DNA of 64,000 nucleotides from Acaryochloridaceae cyanobacterium VAR_48_metabat_390 (GTDB lineage Bacteria > Cyanobacteriota > Cyanobacteriia > Thermosynechococcales > Thermosynechococcaceae): NCBI GenBank assembly GCA_031422435.1, contig JANPLU010000123.1, forward strand, positions 37,671 through 101,670, in the 5' to 3' direction. Below the pieces are notes generated by a model, which did no database searches, was not told where the DNA came from, and worked only from the letters and a program-made list of their open reading frames with translations. Below, in pieces: positions 58,613-64,000 of this stretch. Each line of letters begins with the position of its first letter. The first letter of the stretch is position 1. Made by a program: the position numbers and the translations under genes.

Positions 58613-60007
58613 ATGACGAGCCGACGAATTATTGACCTTTTGCGCCACGGAGAGCCTGGAGATGCAGTTGTAACGCTCTCTGGATGGGTACGCACCAAGC
58701 GGGAACTGAAGGGCTTTGCCTTTCTGGAGGTGAATGACGGCTCATCCCTTCAGGGGCTACAGGTGGTAATGGACTCGGCCTTGCCAGACTACGAGGATCT
58801 GCTGCGATCGCTCTCTACAGGCGCATCCATCACGGTAGAAGGGGTTTTGGTGGCCTCCCAGGGTAAAAACCAGCGGGTGGAGCTAAAGGCGCAGGCTGTC
58901 AAGGTATGGGGGACTGCGGATCCAGAAACCTATCCGCTGCAAAAAAAGCGCCACTCCTTTGAGTTTTTGCGAACGCTAGGGCACCTGCGATCGCGCACCA
59001 ATACGATGGGTGCCGTATTTCGCGTACGCAATGCCTGCTCAGCGGCAATTCACGATTTTTTTCAGTCGCGGGGGTTCATGTGGGTGCATACGCCCATTAT
59101 TACCACAGGGGACTGTGAGGGAGCCGGAGAGCAGTTTGCGGTCACAAACTTTAACCTCAGCCAAATTCCTAAGGCAGCAGACCAGAGCGTAGACTTTGGC
59201 CAAGACTTTTTTGGCAAACCCACCTACCTCACCGTCAGCGGGCAGTTTGAGGCTGAAATTATGGCGATGGCCTTCAGCAATGTCTACACCTTTGGTCCCA
59301 CCTTTCGCGCTGAAAACTCCAATACATCTCGGCATCTTGCCGAGTTTTGGATGGTGGAGCCAGAAATGGCGTTCTGTGACCTCAAGGGCGATATGGATTT
59401 AGCCGAAGCCTTTTTGAAGCACATCTTTAAGTCTGTTCTAGAGCAGTGCCCAGAAGACATGGCGTTTTTTAATGAGCGCATTAACCCCGCAGCGATCGCC
59501 ACTGCCGAAACCATCATCCATTCAGAGTTTGCGCGCATTACCTATACCGAGGCGATCGCCCAGCTCGAAAAGGCGACCCGCACCTTTGAGTACCCCGTCG
59601 AGTGGGGGCTAGACCTACAGTCAGAGCATGAGCGCTACCTTGCCGAAGAACTCTTTAAGCGTCCGGTCATCGTCACAGACTACCCCGTGGGAATTAAGGC
59701 GTTTTATATGCGCCTCAACGAAGATGAGCGTACCGTTGCCGCGATGGATATTTTGGCACCCAACATTGGCGAAATTATCGGCGGCTCTCAGCGTGAAGAG
59801 CGGTTGGATGTACTAGAGCGCCGTATGGCTGCCATGCACATTAGCCCCGAAGACTATAGCTGGTATCTTGATCTGCGACGCTATGGCACAGTGCCCCATG
59901 CAGGCTTTGGGCTTGGGTTTGAGCGGCTGGTACAGTTTATGACTGGAATGGCAAATATCCGTGATGTCATTCCGTTTCCACGCGCACCCTTAAGCGCCGA
60001 TTTTTAA
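58613..60007 (+). CDS. asnS: Asparagine--tRNA ligase
   Basis: [28 protein letters not shown] and [12 protein letters not shown]. Confidence 0.97.
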   Translation: MTSRRIIDLLRHGEPGDAVVTLSGWVRTKRELKGFAFLEVNDGSSLQGLQVVMDSALPDYEDLLRSLSTGASITVEGVLVASQGKNQRVELKAQAVKVWGTADPETYPLQKKRHSFEFLRTLGHLRSRTNTMGAVFRVRNACSAAIHDFFQSRGFMWVHTPIITTGDCEGAGEQFAVTNFNLSQIPKAADQSVDFGQDFFGKPTYLTVSGQFEAEIMAMAFSNVYTFGPTFRAENSNTSRHLAEFWMVEPEMAFCDLKGDMDLAEAFLKHIFKSVLEQCPEDMAFFNERINPAAIATAETIIHSEFARITYTEAIAQLEKATRTFEYPVEWGLDLQSEHERYLAEELFKRPVIVTDYPVGIKAFYMRLNEDERTVAAMDILAPNIGEIIGGSQREERLDVLERRMAAMHISPEDYSWYLDLRRYGTVPHAGFGLGFERLVQFMTGMANIRDVIPFPRAPLSADF

Positions 60008-60022
60008 GATGTGCCAAACCCT

Positions 60023-60490
60023 ATGAAATACTGGCTCATGAAAACTGAACCCAACGTATTCTCCTGGGATGACCTCCAGAAGATGCCTGGGCAAATCACA
60101 CCTTGGGAGGGGATTCGCAATTATCAGGCGCGTAACTTTATGCGCGACGAGATGAAGCTGGGCGATCGCATTTTGTTCTACCACAGCAATATCAAGCCGC
60201 AGGCCATTATGGGCATTGCCACTATTGCCCGGGAAGCCTATCCAGATTCTTTTGCCTTTGACCCATCTAGCCCCTACTACGATCCAAAAAGTAGAGTAGA
60301 GTCCCCCCGATGGATGATGGTAGATGTGCAGTTTGAGTCTGCCTTTGACCCGCCGATTACTTTGGATGAGTTGAAGGAAGTGCGATCGCCAGAACTAGAA
60401 GATATGATGCTGTTACAGAAAGGATGCCGACTTTCTGTGCAGCCCGTGACGGCTGAGCAATGGCAGGCCGTTTGCAACCTTCGCGCTTAG
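60023..60490 (+). CDS. EVE-domain protein
   Basis: YWLMKTEP, WEGIRNYQARN, FYHS and RLSVQPV. Confidence 0.92.
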   Translation: MKYWLMKTEPNVFSWDDLQKMPGQITPWEGIRNYQARNFMRDEMKLGDRILFYHSNIKPQAIMGIATIAREAYPDSFAFDPSSPYYDPKSRVESPRWMMVDVQFESAFDPPITLDELKEVRSPELEDMMLLQKGCRLSVQPVTAEQWQAVCNLRA

Positions 60491-60553
60491 GCTTCGTCAT
60501 ATCTGGTAAGCCAATCCAGTTTTATCATCGGTTTTAGTAAAGGTCAGAGCATC

Positions 60554-61138
60554 ATGGGCTTAGCTCTATCCTCTCACTTTGGGATCTATCAATCGATCAG
60601 TCTTAGCATCCTGAGTACAGGCATAATGCTGGCAGATCCAAGTTATGCGCTTCCGGCGGATTTTGGACTACGAGCGCCTGCTCAGGTTGAAAAGCTATTA
60701 CAAACTCCTGTACAAAAGCCTCAAGTTAAGGCCGATAACCCTTCAGATAAGAGCCTTACTGTGCCAGGGTTATGGTGGGCTAATCAACAGTTTGGGGACA
60801 AAATGGTTCAAAACTGGTTTGCCTACCGCCGTCCCGAAGCGCGTAGCAGCCAGGTAAGAGCCATCGTTCGCCCAGATCTATGGAGTCGCTACACTTATTT
60901 GGAGCGCTATGCCTTTTTAAAGCGCTTTGGAGCGACCAGCAGCGCGGCTGGCTATCATCTGTTGGTTTTAGATAGACAAAATTATCTCCTCGGATCTTAT
61001 ACCTGCGAATTTCCGAGTCAAATAAAGCCTGCTCCCCTTAATCCGTGGGAACAGCGATTAGTGCCGTTAACCTTGCCGCCTATCAAGGCTCCCTGCAACG
61101 TATGGATTAGCCCCGTCTATGGCTCCGAGTTTTTCTAG
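60554..61138 (+). CDS. Hypothetical exported cyanobacterial protein
   Basis: Signal-like N-terminus and LTVPGLWW..QQFG...W....YLERY.FL..FG......GY pattern. Confidence 0.6.
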   Translation: MGLALSSHFGIYQSISLSILSTGIMLADPSYALPADFGLRAPAQVEKLLQTPVQKPQVKADNPSDKSLTVPGLWWANQQFGDKMVQNWFAYRRPEARSSQVRAIVRPDLWSRYTYLERYAFLKRFGATSSAAGYHLLVLDRQNYLLGSYTCEFPSQIKPAPLNPWEQRLVPLTLPPIKAPCNVWISPVYGSEFF

Positions 61139-61145
61139 CTGGAGT

Positions 61146-62291
61146 CTAAGCGCGCATTTGCTGCCACAGGGACTGATATTGCTGGGTCGTTGACTCAGTG
61201 ATTGGATCTAAAAGCTCACTTTTGCCAAACCAGCTTTGACTGGTGAGAAACTGTGCTGTAGCGCCTGAGGGCAAGCTTTCTTGACGGACAGAAGACACGG
61301 CATCGGTAAATTGAGAAAGCGCCTTCGCAACGTCAGGCTGCCACCAAAATTCAGCCCACTGCTTCAGCAGCTTTGTGTCGCTAGAGCCAGCCTTAGGCCA
61401 AACCCAAACATCGCTCCAGAGCGCAGTCCCTGACTGCGGGATGACAAATCCAATCTCGGCTTCATCATTTAATGCGGGCAATATATCTGTAGACCAGCCC
61501 ACCGCAGCCCATGTATCTTTAAGCAGCAAAGGCTGAAGGTAGTGACTAGAGCTATAAAATTTAGCCTGTTGATGGAGGGTTTTGAGTTCAGACGCGAGGG
61601 ATGGAATCGTCGCTAGGTTTTGAGTATTGTAGGAGTGATTGAGCTTTTTAAGGGTAAGGCCAATCACTTCACGGGGCTGATTGAGCAGGCTAATTTTGTT
61701 TTTGAGTTCCGGTCGCCACAAATCCGACCAGTCTGTCGGAGTCCAGCCGAGATCTTTGAATTTATCTTTGCGATAGGCGATGACAGTGGCACCCCAGCGG
61801 TAGGGGGCACCCCAAATTTCTCCTTTGTCAGAGAGCTGACCCTTGCGATCGCGCCGCACCATTTTCTGCCACTGCGGATCGAGGGTATTCCAGCCCGTGA
61901 TTTGGTCAGTTGCCCACGGGCGAATTAAGTCTTGGGCGATCGCCGCTTGTAGCCAATAGTCTCCCAGACTGGTGAGGGGATAGAATTTTGAAGGCGAGCC
62001 TAAAATACTGTTGCTGATTGACTCAAACAGATTGGGCTGTCGAGCAGACTCCGCTGTTTCAGGATCTGAACCTTTTTGAAGGTCTAAAAACAACTGCTCG
62101 GCACTTGAAACTAAGGACAGCTTCAAATCTGCTTCGGACTTGATGCTAGATCGAAAGCGTGACACAAGTTGGGGCGGCAGGCTTCGTGCTAAAAGGCTTA
62201 CCTGTAGCGATGACGCATTTCGACGGCACCCCATTAAGCCCTGGCTAAGCGCAACAGTGCCAAGGCTAAGCAGAAAAGAACGACGATCCAT
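61146..62291 (-). CDS. Polyamine-type ABC substrate-binding lipoprotein (PotD-like)
   Basis: Tat/lipoprotein signal RRSFLL...GC, PYRWG.T.IAY, DWSDLWRP and P.SGTALWSD.W. Confidence 0.8.
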   Translation of the reverse strand: MDRRSFLLSLGTVALSQGLMGCRRNASSLQVSLLARSLPPQLVSRFRSSIKSEADLKLSLVSSAEQLFLDLQKGSDPETAESARQPNLFESISNSILGSPSKFYPLTSLGDYWLQAAIAQDLIRPWATDQITGWNTLDPQWQKMVRRDRKGQLSDKGEIWGAPYRWGATVIAYRKDKFKDLGWTPTDWSDLWRPELKNKISLLNQPREVIGLTLKKLNHSYNTQNLATIPSLASELKTLHQQAKFYSSSHYLQPLLLKDTWAAVGWSTDILPALNDEAEIGFVIPQSGTALWSDVWVWPKAGSSDTKLLKQWAEFWWQPDVAKALSQFTDAVSSVRQESLPSGATAQFLTSQSWFGKSELLDPITESTTQQYQSLWQQMRA

Positions 62292-62437
62292 CAATGAATA
62301 ATTACAAAATCGAGCTGAACTGACCTGGATAAAATATCCTTGTCCTAATGTTTATCCTACTCTGGCAGAGGCTGACTCAAGGCGTTTTGAGCAAGTCTCC
62401 TCGGTCTAAGGAGATTTTTGACTGGCAGTACGGACTT

Positions 62438-63490
62438 TTATCCTGAGCCGTGGATAAGCTGCTGCTTTAGCTGCCGCGCTACCTCTAAGCCCACCTCAAA
62501 GGCATTCTGAATGGTTGATCCCACACACCATTCGCCGCAAATCCATAGGGGCTGACTGAGTTGTGCCGATAATGGATGCCCTGGATACCCGTTAGCGGCG
62601 ATCGCATACCGCCAGCGATGCACCTGCAATAGCTCCGGCGCTGCAAACCAAGGCGCGTATACTTCAGCGATATAATCGAGCATTTGCTGACCCACTGCCG
62701 TAAGATCTGCCGCCTCAAAATGCTCCATTGCAAAAGCTGGGGTGCTGTGAATTGCAAAACAAGAACCAGAAGGCATCTCGCGTTTTCGGCGATCGCAAAT
62801 CATCCGCGCAATGACCGGATCGTTGTGGCACCTCAACTCTGCCCAAGGAAGGCTTTGCCACGGTGCTGAGGGAGCATAGCCTGCGATCGCCGTAATGTAG
62901 GGGTCAAACTGCACGTTTTGAAGTGCCGCTATCACCGCCGCAGAAAGCCCATCTTGAACCAGAGGAATGCAAAGATCTAGCGCTTGAGGTGCCGGAATTG
63001 CCACAACAACCGCTTTCGCATAAAAGGTCTTGGCCTCTGTCGTAATTTGCCAGATATTGCCGTCGAGATGAAGGCCAGTAACGCGCTGGGTCAATTCGAT
63101 GGGTAGGGTTTTGGCGAGTTCTTTGGCGATCGCCGTCATCCCCTCGGGCGCTGCATAATACTGAGCAGCGCCTGAAGACTGTATAGGCTCTAAAGACCAC
63201 TGACCTTGGCTAAAGGAGGCGTCATAAATTTGGTTCCCTGACCAAGGCTGAACAATCTTCTGCTCAACTAACGCGTCAATATAAGCTCCATAACGCGATC
63301 CACCGTAAAGCGCGCGTTCTACAGTGGGCGCACCATGATCGACCAAACTTAACGGCAGGTGACGAGTCGCCACACGGCCTCCAACACCGCGAGATTTTTC
63401 AACCACTACCACACGATATCCAGCATTCTGAAGGGCTAGCGCACAAGCTAAACCCGTCATTCCAGCTCCGACAATGACTACATCCCACAT
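62438..63490 (-). CDS. FAD-dependent oxidoreductase (renalase-like)
   Basis: VVIVGAGMTG, EKSRGVGGR.ATR, DHGA and HRWRYA. Confidence 0.88.
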   Translation of the reverse strand: MWDVVIVGAGMTGLACALALQNAGYRVVVVEKSRGVGGRVATRHLPLSLVDHGAPTVERALYGGSRYGAYIDALVEQKIVQPWSGNQIYDASFSQGQWSLEPIQSSGAAQYYAAPEGMTAIAKELAKTLPIELTQRVTGLHLDGNIWQITTEAKTFYAKAVVVAIPAPQALDLCIPLVQDGLSAAVIAALQNVQFDPYITAIAGYAPSAPWQSLPWAELRCHNDPVIARMICDRRKREMPSGSCFAIHSTPAFAMEHFEAADLTAVGQQMLDYIAEVYAPWFAAPELLQVHRWRYAIAANGYPGHPLSAQLSQPLWICGEWCVGSTIQNAFEVGLEVARQLKQQLIHGSG

Positions 63491-63585
63491 ACATTAAAAA
63501 GAATGTAAAAGTTGTAATTCAAATCAACACCTCCCTTAAACAGCAACAAACCAGAGTCCACCCAAACCAGTTAATCCACCGTTCT

Positions 63586-63646
63586 GGAGGGGGTTTGGGG
63601 GACGCAGCCGTTCTTCAGCGGGGGGCTTGGGGGAAGACACCCCCAA
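63586..63646. repeat. Degenerate G-rich dispersed repeat
   Basis: GGGGGTTTGGGGGACGCAGCCG...GGGGGCTTGGGGGAAGACACCCCCAA internal duplication. Confidence 0.45.
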
Positions 63647-63787
63647 TATTACGAACCCACCAAACCTCGCAACATAACCCACCACTTACGACGACACCCC
63701 CCACCCAAAAGCATCGCCTCCAACCATCCTAAAAGGACGTAAAGTATGTGCGCCCCCACAAAAGATAAATAAATCTATCCATAAAGA

Positions 63788-63819
63788 AGTACCGCCCCTC
63801 ATTCCTGAAGGGCGGTACT
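63788..63819 (-). terminator. psbA terminator hairpin
   Basis: AGTACCGCCCCTCA-TTCC-TGAAGGGCGGTACT, followed by a T-rich tail on the minus strand. Confidence 0.7.
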
Positions 63820-63855
63820 CTCTTAAACTAATGATTCAATCCGTTTAGGAAAGAA

Positions 63856-64000
<145 letters not shown>

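Noticed and set aside
366..63200. Many 60-175 aa ORFs overlapping larger genes
   Set aside because: They are antisense or alternate-frame shadows of well-supported genes such as topA, ndhB, tldD, rbcR, leuS and glgA.
63650..63735. C/A-skewed low-complexity tract downstream of psbA
   Set aside because: No periodicity or structure that I can support; likely degenerate intergenic sequence.

Overview
This is a cyanobacterial chromosome segment, judged from frequent HIP1 GCGATCGC octamers plus ndhB, rbcR/ycf30, cikA, glgA and the 3' end of psbA. Most genes are housekeeping: topA (partial), ndhB, tldD/E, nadC, tRNA-Ser(GGA), fed2-suhB-J-domain-hisZ-hisG, recA, leuS, xseAB, cikA, phoH, trpS, metF, glgA, wza and asnS. 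Accessory patches include an AT-rich pentapeptide-repeat/K+ channel gene beside a SRAP pseudogene, two PIN toxin-antitoxin pairs, a coupled TPR protein + P-loop ATPase pair, a decayed purine-uptake locus, and a Wzx/Wzy polysaccharide cluster. Two signals stand out. (1) A c-di-GMP-I (GEMM) aptamer on the minus strand between phoH and trpS has a candidate promoter, operator-like palindromes and a strong hairpin, but no substantial downstream gene, so it may be a stand-alone aptamer sRNA. (2) A polysaccharide co-polymerase (Wzz/GumC-like) lacks the Wzc tyrosine kinase and instead carries an intact N-terminal NarL-type receiver domain. All calls come from reading motifs by eye; no database searches were run.
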